A stretch of DNA of 63,717 nt, the filler included, from Trypethelium eluteriae (Eukaryota), in the NCBI GenBank assembly GCA_051942245.1. It is 2 parts of 2 records of this genome, joined end to end, with 100 filler letters (N's around TTAATTAATTAA, not from the genome) between each part and the next. Parts side by side here need not be neighbours in the genome. Positions count along the whole stretch, not along the records: positions 1 to 31,818 come from JAVECL010000268.1; 1 more part is not named here. One strand, 5' to 3'. A program made the translations under genes and the position numbers. Of this stretch, positions 11,075 to 23,130 are shown one piece after another (within the stretch, counting starts at the first letter, position 1; every line of letters begins with the position of its first letter). Below the pieces are notes generated by a model. That model was not told the origin of the DNA. It saw only the letters and a list, made by a program, of their open reading frames with translations, and searched no databases.

Positions 11075-12179
11075 TGCGACTCCACCTGGTCTTGTGAAGA
11101 CCACCTATCATCAGGAGATAGCTCCGTACTGGATCATTGCCTTTAATTCCCGACGCTGATTGCACTGCTGTCCATTATCATAGATGTCTGGAGCTTCGAG
11201 GTTTTAACCCAAGGCCATGCTGAGGTTAGCCTACCGATGAATTGCCAAGCGCGTTATGTGCTTGGTAGCATGGCCAGCCTCACCAGCCAGGCGCTTGCTG
11301 CATGGTCCATGTGTTCGAAGCAGAGCTGGACAAGAAACACAAAGCTGGTACTCCGTGCCGGGGTTGCGGTTTTGCAAGCAGGACAGGCTAGCGCTCCTTC
11401 CACAGCCCCACTTGTGCTTTGCTGTTGGTCTACCTAGGTACCGAGTGCATTGGAATGAGATGACCATTGGCATTGGGTGCTCTGCATACCATCTGAAAAG
11501 GGTATCGATGCCGATTTGTACATATTCTAAAGTGAGAGGCCGCTGGGTGTCCGCAAATCGCGTTTCTTCTAATCGAGCTTCACGTTCTCCATTTTCCTCG
11601 GCGTGTGATCTGCAGAAATCCTTATGAATTGAGGTCGCTGCAGGATCATCATGGAGGCTCGTAAAAAATTGAAGTCCGTTGGCGTTTTTTTTTCCTCTTG
11701 GTAATCACCTGTAACTCTCACGATGCTGGCTATGCGAAAACGTGAAAGTCGTTGCCGTTCATCGGACAATGAAGGATTGCGAGTTAGGCACGGGTCACCT
11801 TCGCGTCCTTACATAACGCCAGGCGCCTAATTCTTGTTTCGGTGTTGCTTTTCCCGTCAACATTCCGTCCCACAACGCCAGGCAGTGCGATGATAACCCA
11901 ACAGCCCTACCTAAGTAGTAACTATATCCATTAGCTGACGACGAATGTCATGATACGCTCAAATTTTCTCCTTTCGACTCCAGCCATTGGCGGGATTCCG
12001 CGTTCGAGAGAGCAACGCCGATGGCGTCTCATCCAGGAGCGGTCCTCCGAAATGCACCCCGCAACAATGAACCGATCGTAGTATGACGTACTTCATGCGC
12101 AGATACCTCAGTATGCCGATAGACATCCGAGGCCAGCTTTTGTCTTTGATAAGACCCTGCAAAGCGACTGTCTCTCTGC

Positions 12180-13375
12180 ATGCAGGTCTCAAGACGTATT
12201 CCAATCACTTCAATTCCACGGCTCAGATCCCATCCCACCATCGTAAAGCCAGCCAAGCATTTGCGCACACTCACAATGTCTTCAGAGCAGGAGCAGCGCG
12301 CCCACGATCCCAAAGCCATAGAACAGATGATGGACTCGGAGAAGCATGTCCAACGCAATCCACATCCTGACTTCAAGAGCGTCGAAGCAACGCGGCCGGA
12401 TTGGATTGAAGATGACAAATGGGTATTTACGAAAACTCGAAAGCCGGACTGGAAATTGGGCGATGGTCCAAACGATGGTGGGGAGTGTCTAAAGAAGGAA
12501 CATGTGGAGATTGATCCATATGCTGAGGGCAGGCCGGCGGTGTCGAACTACAAGCTGCTCATCAGCGGAATAATACCCCGACCAGTCGGCTTCTGCAGCA
12601 CACGCTCAAAGGACGGTAAGCGAGCACTACCTCATACAACACTTCAAACCCCTTCGACCCGTAACCTGGCCAATCCCCTTCAAACATCGTATGCGATTAC
12701 TCAAACGATCTAATCTAACCGCATCCACACCCTAGGTCAAAGCACCAACCTCGCTCCCTTCTCCTACTTCCAAGTCATCAACCACGACCCGCCCGTCTTC
12801 ACCGTCGGCTACGCGGGCGGCTTCGACAAGGCCAAGGACTCGCTGCGCAACCTGACCGACTCCGGCGAGTGCACCCTCAACATCATCTCGGAGCACTACA
12901 TCGAGGCGGCCAACAGCACCTCCATCAACGCGCCCTACGGCGTCTCCGAGTGGGCCCTCAGCGGCCTGCACCCGGCCAAGTCGAGCGTAGTGAAGGCGGA
13001 TCGTGTCAAGGAGGCGGTGTTCAGCGTCGAAGGGAAGCTGATGGAGACAAGGGAATTTGAGAGTCGAGCGACGCCGGGGAAGAAGACGGGAGTGCTGGCT
13101 ATCATTGAGGGAGTGAGGTTTTGGGCAAGGGAGGACGCGATTAATGAGGATAGGAACTTGATTGATCCTGCGGTAGGTGTTGTGGAGAGCGAGTGCTTAA
13201 GGCGTAGCTGTGCTAATGGCTTTTTCTCTAGGTCTTACGGCCGATGGCGAGACTGGGCGGTATCACGTATGGTCGTATGCACGAAGGGATTGAGATACCC
13301 AGGCCAGATTTTCAAGAGAAGACTAAGCATGATCATGCGGAAAATTTGATAAAGCCGAAATTGGAAGGGCAGTAG
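12180..13375 (+). CDS. Flavin reductase-like FMN-binding protein (flavoprotein oxygenase family), 3 exons
   Basis: RNPHPDFKSVEATRPDW, YKLLISGIIPRPVGF, NLAPFSYF, KDSLRNL, RLGGITY; introns ~12616-12736 and ~13173-13231; stop TAG 13373-13375. Start could instead be ATG 12277. Confidence 0.85.
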
Positions 13376-13630
13376 AGCTGCAGAAGAAGACATTGATCAA
13401 TTGGATAGAGCATAGAATCTGGAGACTAATAAGATACATAGAGTACTATGAAAGTACTCGGGCCGTTGATTGAATTGCAGGAAGCTCCCGCGTCAAGAAT
13501 TACATCCGCACCTTTCAGGGTCGTTGCAGTCTCTCAGCACAACACGTTAGAATGCCTTGGAGGTCATGATCTCGCCATACTTGTGAGTATCTTGTTGAGA
13601 CATTCGTTCGAATTGATCGGGCCTCAGTTC

Positions 13631-15984
13631 TTAATACAGCCCACCCATTGCCTGCCGGAACGTCTGTTGTCCCTTCTCGAGCATCTGTTTGCGCTCCTCG
13701 AGAAATGTCCGTCTGCTGACTACATCGTCCAGTTCGGCGGCGAGAAAGGCTACCTCATTATCACTGAGGCCCGCAATGATAGAAGGGGACAAGACGCTCG
13801 TTGGGAGCGGATCGACAAGATGACGCTCAATGACTTGTTTAGTAATCACTCCAATGAAGTATTTCATTTCATCCTGCGGGTCGAATTAGTCTGGTCATTG
13901 AATTCTGTAAGTTTATTGCTTACCTTGTAGTAGGCTTGCTGACTATCCAAAGCCTCTATGGCGGAGAATCCATCCATATCCAGTACGAGCGTTTCGTCTA
14001 GTGCCTGCTGAAGCTTCTGTGGACTGATGAAGGACTTGGTGGTTGGCCCGAGAGTGCCCTTATTGAACTGCTGTACATTGAGAAACTCTGTTGCAGTGGT
14101 CGTTGCTTTGTCCAATAGCCGACTGTAATTTCTTCTTCGCTCCTTCTGAATTGTCATTGTGTAGTAGTGGTTGTACGTGATGGGATGACGACTCTTATCT
14201 TTCAGTACTTTGGCCAATTCCGCACGACTTCCTATAAGCGCATTGTTGAGAGCATTTTCAACTTTGAATTCCCATATTCGACCGCACACGTCTTCTGTTG
14301 CCACATTTTCGAGGGCAAGACGGACAAATTTGGTGCATTTCTTCGCGATTTCATCAATATGGTCGTTGGCCAGCTTCTTCCATGGCTCAGACTGTTCCCA
14401 AAACAAGTGGCTAATGAGCATTGGATTGAAATTTCCAGGAAGCTCACGTCCACGGGACCGCTTCAGCACTTTGAGTACCCAGTCTTCGGCTTGTGTACGG
14501 GTTAGACGTATGGGTCCGGTAGTCAAATCGTGTTTTACGCCATCGTCATCTTCATGGGAATGCGAATCGACTGGGGGCTTGGTAGCCCCACCATCCAAGT
14601 CAGAATCTTTGTCTTCAGGCTCGCCCAAGGAGTCGATAACATAATCTTCGCCTCCAGACCCATCCTTAGGTACAATGCCTTCCTCTACAGGCCGACTTGA
14701 CTCCTTGCGGCTGACTGAGTACTTATGGCCACGGAAGCGCATACTTTTAGCAAACTTCAAGTTGAGATCCTGTACCACCGCTCGCAATCTTCTGAGGTTT
14801 GTCGTTGCACTGAGCGAAGTCTTAGTGTCGATGGGTCCAAAAAACGCCTGCTCATAGTGCCCCATAACAGCAGAACTGACAAGCCCATGAAATTCCATGC
14901 TGATTGCAGTTAAAAACTGACGCTGCTCTGCAATAGTCGCACGTTTTGCCCCTAGTGCTGATAGTTCGCTTTCCGTCTTGCTCAGTTCATCTAGAAGCTC
15001 TTTCTTCAGATTGGGGAGTTCCTTCTTCAGATGATTGTGTAGCAACTTGCTGAGCTTTATCCTCAGAGTCTCGATTCCCAGCATATCGCGCGGGAGATCT
15101 TGGTATGTGCTAGTCGAGAAGAAGACCTTCTCAGCCGAGTTCCGCTCTTGAAAAGTGCATGACATGGCATCCTCAGAGCGGTTCTTGAGCATGTGCCACC
15201 CGAGTCTGAAATAGACCGATTTGTTCTGTGCCAGAGATATCCACCATTGCTCGTTTGCTGAACCTTTGACTAGCCAGTCGGGTTTGGTGACTATGCCAAG
15301 AGTGCGACTGCCGTCTCTGTCAACGTCACGACAATACCGAGAGACGATCTGATTGTTGAAGTCATTCTTTGCTGATACGACAGCAAGAATGATGGTCCGC
15401 TCATTGGCAATGTAATCTTTCACAAGCTGTTGTGTCAGATCGACATCAGCATCCGTTGCTTCACTGCTGGAAGCTTGAATGACGCCAGGCAAATCGACCA
15501 ACGTAAGTTGTGGACGGTCCGGTCCACAGATCTCCACTCTCAGGACATCTCTGGTGAAAGCCTTCGTCGCCGAGTTCTTCGCGTTGTCTAGGCCCATCAG
15601 GATAGTAGCCTCTTCAACTAGACCAGCAAAGTCACGTAGATTCTCGACTCTTTTGCGGAAGCCATGAAGCTTGTCTTGCTCTGCTTGAGGTCTAGTCTTG
15701 TCGGGGGTGATCGTAGTGGTAACAGCTGTCTCATCGTCTCGTTTGAGTATAATCTCGGTGGCGAAGCGAGTGCAAAGGTTTTCCTTGCGAGGAAAAGGGA
15801 TCTCCGTAATCGCTTCCAGTACGGAGCTTTTCCCAGAGGATTGATCCCCACATACGACAATCTGAGGTAAGTTGAGGATACTGCTAAGGCCGCTACGCCG
15901 GAACCCGTCTACAACATCCAGGACTTTGCGTTGTTCAGCGTTTTGCAAGGTGTCCAGGGAGGTGGTACTAAAGTTAGAGTCCAT
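13631..15984 (-). CDS. Dynamin-superfamily (Mx-like) GTPase, 2 exons
   Basis: G1 GDQSSGKSS, CTRFAT, G3 DLPG, G4 TKPD, middle domain RGRELPG; intron 13923-13874 leads to a GED-like exon (KQVIERHLV). Confidence 0.92.
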
Positions 15985-16456
15985 AGCTGAACAAGATCCT
16001 CTGCAATTTGATGAAGCAGTGTAAAACTTGCTGAACGAAACTCGCTGAGTGAAGCGTGGGAGTTTCTACGTTACAGCGTGCGAGCTTTCAACACGAAAAT
16101 AGCTCGTGCGTTCGCTTAGGTATGTATCAGGAGCAGTGAACATGTGAATGACAGTAAGTAACACTGTTTGACGTGTTATATTGCGCAACCCACCCCATGC
16201 AGGCACCCGCGAGGATTAAATTTGTACGCGTTTGTAACACTCGCATCGAAATAGAAATCTAAACCTACATTAACCAGTAATCATGCAAAAGGTGAAATAG
16301 TGACCAACTAAACCTCCGGTTCCTTCCAGTTGCCAGTGAGTCAATGATACAAAACCCGGTTACTCTAACAGCCGTTCGTCGTACACCTACCCGTATTCCA
16401 TGGATCCTGTAATCACAATCTCAACGCCCGAAACACCGTGCTTGCCCGAGCAGAAT

Positions 16457-19030
16457 TCATAGCCTCCCCTCGTCGAGGTCCTTCATCCCATTCATCAGAG
16501 GCGCGGTATCTATCTCCTTATCTATCTTATTAGCTGTGTTTTTCGTTGAAGGTCCTTTTTTAAGGGTGTCTTCCGCGAAACTGTTATCATTGGAACCATC
16601 CTTGGAGTCATAGAGCTTGTCCAGCTCCGATTTGGTAGGTGACTCTTTGTCAAGTGCATCTTTCGCGAATGAGTTCTCAGTCGAACCGTCGTAGAGCTTG
16701 TCCAGTTCAGACTCAGTAGGTATGTCCTTGTTGGGAGCATCCTTTGCGAAAGTGTTGTCAAAGGAGCCGTCCTTTGCATCATAGAGTTTGTCCAAGTCTG
16801 AGCTCGAAGGTGTGTCCTTGGTGGGAGTATCTTGTGCAAATGAGTTTTCGAGCGATTCATCCTGCGACTTATATAGCTTATCCAGATCCTCCTTGGTGGG
16901 TACATCATCACCATCATCCTTTGTGCCCACGTCCTTTGTAGAACTAATCTGAGTTTGTGTTTTGTAAACGCGGTCCGGTCTCCTTAACGGATGAGCCTCA
17001 GTGTTGAGCACATATTCATCCAAACTGATTAAGTCAGGATCTGAGAATAGGAGATAGAAATATTTCAGGGTTTCGGCAGTCCAGAAACTTTCCATTCGGT
17101 CTTGGAGTTGGGGCTTCCCGCTGGCACTCAGTTGTGTGCAGTCCGTGAGACCTGCGTGTGCAATGTGCGTTGTTGTGTGTTCGATGATACTGTTGAACAT
17201 TTTCCACGCCCGATCAGGCAATGAAGAGTCTCCAGTTAGACGATACAGGATCCAAACACTCTCAATGGCTTCAGGACGGAGAATGTAGCGGGTGTCATCA
17301 ACCTTGGTGACACCTTTGGGCAAGATGCCGGCTTTGATGCGAGCCTCGGCCGTGTTCGGGTTGGGCTGCTTCGCAAGAACAGCGTCCATCCACTTCTCTT
17401 CGTCAAATGGACACCTCTGTGAATCGTCGCAGGGCACAGTATGTATTATTTCAGGCATGACACCAAGAGGAAAATTATCGTAGGCCCACATACAGCCTTC
17501 ATTGAGTTGTTTGGCAATCTCGAGATCTTCACGACTATTGAAGATTTTGGCTCCGATTCCGACCATGCCAGCTGCAAAGCAACCTAAATGCTGAGCTTCG
17601 GGGTTGGTCTTCAATTCGTTCTTGGGCGTAGAGCCACTAGTGTGGACTTGACCAGCAAAAAGAATGGGTACAGGATCGGGAATCATAGGGCGGTAGAAGA
17701 TATGAGCTTTCATGGCAGTAAGAGAACGCTCATAAAGCGTCTTGTATTGCTGTGAACCACCGCCAAGAAGGACATGTTGCTACTGCGTGTTAGCAGTAAC
17801 CCGACGATCAGAAATGAAATTGCTCGCGAAGAATGATTCTCCTCACCTTGGGCAAATATTCATACAAGGAGTCTACCATCCCCCCAATGGTAAACCCAGT
17901 CCCATCCATAAGATTCATATCTTTTGCATTTACGCCAACAGCAAAGAGGCCGGGGAGATGGGTTTTCATCTGCTGAGATTCAAAAAGATTCATGATACGT
18001 GCTATCGCATCATAGTAGCGAGAGTCTTTTGTCAGTTGACTTAGACGCGTAAATTCTAGTGTGAGTGATCCAAGCTCTGCAACGAGCATTGACTCGTGTG
18101 CTTCCTGACGTACTCCATCGGCAGCAGCTTTGAAGTTCCATCTGGTAATAGGCATTCGGTTGGGAGTGTCAAACGCCACATAAAGCATTTCACCCATCTC
18201 TTGAGCCTTTGAAAGCAATTGTGGATATTTTTCGCCGCTGAGATCATAGGCCGCGAGGAACCCCCCTAGATACCTAATAGTTGTCTCGAAGACATTGAGT
18301 TCATCGATTGCACAGTTCGTGAAGTCGATCTTGTCGATTGCCTTGACAGCTTCATCAAACTCATCGTACAACTCCATGATCCAAAGGGTATCTAAAGATA
18401 ATTAGACTAAGGAACAAGAATCGTCTTCCTTGATTACGAACCAAGAGAATCTACGAGAGTAGCAGCCCAGCCGCCAAAAGGATTGTTTGCAGTTCCAGAA
18501 ACCGGAGCAACTTCATCGCTGAGCCATGCGTACTTCTTATAACCGTTCCAAGCATGTGTAAAATTGCCCTTGACAGCCTCCAATCTTTCAAGCCGAGTAT
18601 TCTTCATCGCTGTTGTTTCTGATCCGAATACATGTTGTATTCTTGGTATACTGTCTGGGACAGCTGACGGAAGCTCTTTTACGTTTTGGACAGGATATCT
18701 TTGCGGCACATGGGCCCACTGGAACTTTCCATTGCTTGTCTTTTGGCCTGGTTTTGCTGCCTGTGGCGTTTTCCCAACATTGATTCCGTCTGAGTCCAAT
18801 CGATCAGTGTCGACATGCGGAACAGCTGGCGATGGTGGATTTGGGGCAAGGAATGGATCTGCTTGAGGGCTCTTCCCGCTTGGATGGGGTTTTCCAAGGT
18901 AGGGTCGTAGGTGAGTTTGGGTTCTATCGTATATGTCGGAGGGATATTGGGAGGTGAAGAATAGAGTGACAAGTACGAGGCCCGCTAGAAGGACGGTTAT
19001 CTTCCGCTTCGAAAGAGTAATGACCGCCAT
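16457..19030 (-). CDS. GH47 class I alpha-1,2-mannosidase, type II membrane anchor, C-terminal repeat tail (3 exons)
   Basis: GWAATLVDSL, FETTIRYLGG, DSLYEYLPK, HLGCFAAGM, YILRPEAIES, MESFWTAETLKY and NTEAHP motifs; N-terminal TM segment. Confidence 0.95.
16555..16905 (-). repeat. Four ~27-30 aa coding tandem repeats in the GH47 tail
   Basis: Consensus PT..eLDKLYd.kDgS.eNsFAkD...K seen four times after the catalytic domain. Confidence 0.9.
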
Positions 19031-19656
19031 ATCGCGTTCTTCATCATTCGAGTGTGATAGCGATCAATTGATTGCAGATTCAGGTGAAGGGACCTGAAGA
19101 CAATAACTGGGTTTCGCCGCCAGGCCGTTAAAAGGTCCCTGCGGCAGGCAGCCGAGGCGAGCCACACACCACCCAGAACCAAGCCTATGTCTGCTTTTTC
19201 AAAGGAGATTGTACGGAGTGCTGGATGTACAGTGCATTTGCCTTCAGTAAATTGGGATTATGTCGAAACCGACTGGTCTTGATGTTCCACGTTTGCCTAT
19301 CTCATATCGAAGGCTGATGGAGCGAGTTACTCTCCTTTTTCTAGAAGCTTCGAAAAGCCAGGAGCACCCGGACTAGAGATTCCAGCTAGCAGATAATTAT
19401 CAACTATAGAACACGAGATAAAACACAGATAGTGAGTCTTGTATTTCCTCTCGACCACTGATTAGGTAGCTTAACTCAAAATACATTAAACAATAGAGAT
19501 ATGAGTCCAATCCTTTTCCGTTCGCCATAAGCAAATTAATCTTTTACTTCACAGAGAACCCGTCCAGCCTTTCGACAATAAACATTGAAACTCCCCAGTT
19601 CGCTCGAAGAGATCGATACAACCTCCCTCAACCTTCCCCGGGGCACCTCTTTTCTC

Positions 19657-20565
19657 TCACGGAGAATTCGGCCCAGGCGCACAAAGGGCTTCTTGCGCCT
19701 CCCATGTACTTAGCAACACCCCACTCGCCCAATCGAGCCCATTCGCTGCCGCGAAGTCGTTACTGACCAGCCCTGCAAAGCTAAAGCAATTGTAACCCGC
19801 TCTCCCTGCTCCCAAACTCGGTGGTTCCAATACAACCATGCTGCAGTTGCCTGTGCCAGTGGTCGCCCCGGAGCCCGCGACATTGTAATTTACGCACTCC
19901 GTGACGCAGGAAGCGAGTGAGTAGGGCGCAGCGTGCGAGGAATTGCTCAGGAGCGTGGAGGCGCCGTAGTAACCGCCGCAGACGACGCGGTAGTATTGGT
20001 TGAGGGTGAGGGCTGTTTCGCCAGAGGAGCCTGGGCATTGTGGGTCCGGCTCAGGAGAGGCAGTGGGATTGGCGCAGTACGTGTTATAGACGGGGGAGGA
20101 AGGAGTCGTCGTAGAAGTTATCGTGGTTGTTATTGTTGAAGTCGATGTCGAAGTCGAAGCCGATGTCAAAGCCGATGTCGAAGTCGAAGCCGAAGTCGAA
20201 GCCGAAGCCAAAGTCGACGTCGATGTCGATGTCGATGTCGATGTCGAACTCGAACTCGAACTCGAACTCGAAATCGATGTCGTGCTTGTGCTGGTGCTCG
20301 TGCTCGTGCTGTAGCCTGGAGGGAAGATGGTGATGGTAACCGTACCGGGACATGTGGAAGTCATTGCTGTCAACCAACTTAACAAAAAGTACACGGTAAA
20401 GGGAATTATCAGAAAAGTTAATGAGCGAATTGGAAGTTGGCTAAAGTACGGGTATGACGTCTGTCATTGATGGATTCTTTCAACCGGGCAATACTGACAT
20501 GATGCCGTAGAAACCCAACCTAGAGTAACACCTATCATCGCTACTAAGGTTGTCACTTTCATCAT
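19657..20565 (-). CDS. Secreted Ser/Thr-rich protein with Cys-rich (PAN/apple-like) C-terminal domain
   Basis: Signal peptide MMKVTTLVAMIGVTLGWVSTAS; putative GTCAGT...TTGACAG intron restores the frame; S/T stalk; C-terminal YYRVVCGG, CVTECVNYN, CSMVV, NCF. Confidence 0.7.
20140..20310 (-). repeat. Hexamer microsatellite-like coding repeats (TCGACA/TCGAGT/TCGGCT)
   Basis: gtcgat and ctcgaa arrays on the + strand encode the Ser/Thr stalk on the - strand. Confidence 0.9.
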
Positions 20566-21066
20566 GGCGACCGAACCTTCAGTATAGCAGACCTTAGCCG
20601 GATTATCTTAATCAATTGTGAAGAGAGAACTTGTAGATGAGGATAAGCGAAAAGAGTCCGGTAAAAGCGGCATAAAGAGTGACGACGTCCACAACCGAGA
20701 ACAAGATTTGGTGAGAGAGATGCGGAGGGGCATGGTGAGGTGTTGACTTAGTAACGTGTCATGCTATATTTTCTCTCTGTGGAATGGAGGGACATGAGTT
20801 TGCTTGTGGAATGTTGGAGGTTTACTTAAATAGGAAATATGTAACCAGTGCAAATCCATTTTGGCGACACTAGAAATAACGGTAGCCTCTTCAGGAGATC
20901 TTTGCGTATGTTGGATGGGGAATTAGAGTGTAAATGATTAGAGTGTAAATAGACAGGTCAGGTGGATTCATAAATCAGCTCTTTCGAGTCTGAGATGAGT
21001 TTGAACACGTACAAGAAGTACAAGAGAATCTTGTAGCTCAAATCATTGCAGTATCATACCTGTTTG

Positions 21067-22785
21067 TCATGAGCGTACTTCATCCTCGGGGTCTACAGAG
21101 CCCAAAGCTTGCCCAACTTTAACCTTTTGGCCGATATCTATATTCCACTTCCATCCGCCCACGCGTTTGTCCTCATCATCGTCCGAAAATCCTTCATCGA
21201 AGCTACGCCTTCTCCGTCCTTTAGGCGCTTCAAAAACAAGCACGATTGTGCTTCCAAGCTGGAAACCACCCATTTCTTCTCCTCTCTTCAGGGCATGGCC
21301 TCCGAGTACTTTGCTCGCCGCGTCATAGTACGCTTCTGCAAATCCTGAGTAAGGCTCACCTCGCTGTTTAGCTCTCTCGGCCTGACGATCAGCCTCTGTA
21401 TCTGTAGTGAGAGAATTGGTTCGTAACTCCTTGTCGAAGTTAATCTTGATGGATCCAACATTCGTCGCGCCTACAGGAGCGTAGCTAAAAAATCCATGCC
21501 GCCACCTGCCCAGTAGCACAACTCGTTCGTTCAGGACAAAGAGCCCTGGAAGGGTACGCTGAAGGTAAGGCGAGACACTATAAAGCTCGCCTGCAAAATG
21601 TCGCCTTGATTCGACAACCCAAGATACGGGGCTATGGAAGCGATGATAATCGCCTGGTGCAAGATAGACGACGCAATAATACAAGGCCTTGGGGACGGGC
21701 GAGGGAGCAGGAGCCCACCAGGGACGGGACGGATTGGCAAGAGCGAGATCAGCTCGGACTTCAGATTCAGACGAGGGTTTGGAGGTTGTGGACTGATCCG
21801 TTGGAAGTCCTTGATTTGGTTCATCGGGATACTTTGTCCCGCCCGACAATAGATGGGGAAGAGTGTAGGAAATGCCATTCACGCGGGCAAATTCTTCGTC
21901 AGAGCGGATGACTTCCTCGTCATTAGAAGGATTGCGAGTGCGGAAAGGGGATGGCATTGGTGACTCGGAAGACATTGCAATATTGGAGCGCGTGCTGTGA
22001 GTGCTGGACTCGTTGGGCTGTTGAGAGCCAAGGAGAGCGTCAAGGCTGTAGGTTACGCCTTTGACTTGCTCAACTTCGCCGTGTTCAATCATACCAAATT
22101 GAATGATTTTTCCATCAGCGGGAGAGAGAATGGCGTCAGGATTGGGGTCAAGAGGTCGGCATCCAGGCTTCAGTTGACGATAGAAAAAAGCGGCCAGGTT
22201 TGGGTACACATGTAGATCTGGTTCTGCGACCTCATCAAGGTTTACGCCGAATATCCATGAATAGAGCTTGAAGCCTGGAATCCGGAAATAGTACGGTAGC
22301 TCGATCTCGTTGAATTTGCCCCATAGGCGCGACAAAAACTTCAATGGTAGTGTCGACATAATCTGGACAGACCACGGTCCCTCAGGTCGAATACGAGGCC
22401 TCTTCTTTGGCCTATGCCCAGGTTCTGTATGTTCTTCGTTATCGAACTCATCTTGTTCCCTCTGTTGTCTTTGCCTTTCCTGAATTCTGTAGAATTGTAG
22501 AAACCCTAAAAAGCCCACGCCCGCTGCCACTGGAATTGGATACCATTCAATCTTTGTGTTCTTCCATGCGGTTCCTAATCTTGAACTGAAGCTTTCTTTC
22601 CTGTGTGGTTGTTGCTGCTTCAACCTGAATCCTGAAGTAGAAAAGGCATTTGTGCGGTCCGAATTAAGGAGTCGTCCATATCTCGCTGCTGGTCGACGAG
22701 AGCAAACAGAGACTTTTCTCCATGTTTTTCCTGGAAATCTTTGGTACGAGATACCATTTCGCAACCCATAGGTAATGCTCGTCAT
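21067..22785 (-). CDS. PSD1: Mitochondrial phosphatidylserine decarboxylase proenzyme
   Basis: SPADG, YLAPGDYHRFHSP, VGATNVGSI, and the self-cleavage motif in GGFQLGSTIVL; basic N-terminal presequence. Confidence 0.97.
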   Translation of the reverse strand: MTSITYGLRNGISYQRFPGKTWRKVSVCSRRPAARYGRLLNSDRTNAFSTSGFRLKQQQPHRKESFSSRLGTAWKNTKIEWYPIPVAAGVGFLGFLQFYRIQERQRQQREQDEFDNEEHTEPGHRPKKRPRIRPEGPWSVQIMSTLPLKFLSRLWGKFNEIELPYYFRIPGFKLYSWIFGVNLDEVAEPDLHVYPNLAAFFYRQLKPGCRPLDPNPDAILSPADGKIIQFGMIEHGEVEQVKGVTYSLDALLGSQQPNESSTHSTRSNIAMSSESPMPSPFRTRNPSNDEEVIRSDEEFARVNGISYTLPHLLSGGTKYPDEPNQGLPTDQSTTSKPSSESEVRADLALANPSRPWWAPAPSPVPKALYYCVVYLAPGDYHRFHSPVSWVVESRRHFAGELYSVSPYLQRTLPGLFVLNERVVLLGRWRHGFFSYAPVGATNVGSIKINFDKELRTNSLTTDTEADRQAERAKQRGEPYSGFAEAYYDAASKVLGGHALKRGEEMGGFQLGSTIVLVFEAPKGRRRRSFDEGFSDDDEDKRVGGWKWNIDIGQKVKVGQALGSVDPEDEVRS

Positions 22786-23130
22786 TGCAGGGGCATCCTC
22801 AGTCTTGGTTGAGAGGTAAATAGAGGTGATTTAGGCTGGAGTCTGGGGGCAACCAGAAAACATCCTTGGCAGTGGATGAGACGATGATGCAAGTGGTCTG
22901 GACCCTAGCGAAGCTCGGACTCTCGATTTTCAAAGAGAACAGCAACACATCTGCGGCTAAACCAAACCACCTCCATCCTCACACCTTCCGCCTGTCGTTA
23001 CGGATCGAGCCCTATCTGGTGATTTGCATGCGCAGATCATCGCTGCCATGGCCCTCATTGCGCATTGAAGCAACGTCGAAGTCGCCCCATCTATCACGCC
23101 TAGTCCTGTTCTACATCGGAATACTTCATT

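Noticed and set aside
7920..11500. Amyloid signalling motif linking the NLR to an adjacent effector (HET-s/NWD2 type)
   Set aside because: The NLR N-terminus is a full helical domain and I saw no N/G/Q-rich motif in it or in neighbouring genes.
1..16000. Starship element or secondary-metabolite cluster
   Set aside because: No DUF3435 tyrosine recombinase, PKS, NRPS or terpene cyclase recognised.
20084..20377. ORFs with DIDIDI, VDVDVD, ELELEL, SMSMSM runs
   Set aside because: Alternative-frame and antisense readings of the hexamer array encoding the Ser/Thr stalk.
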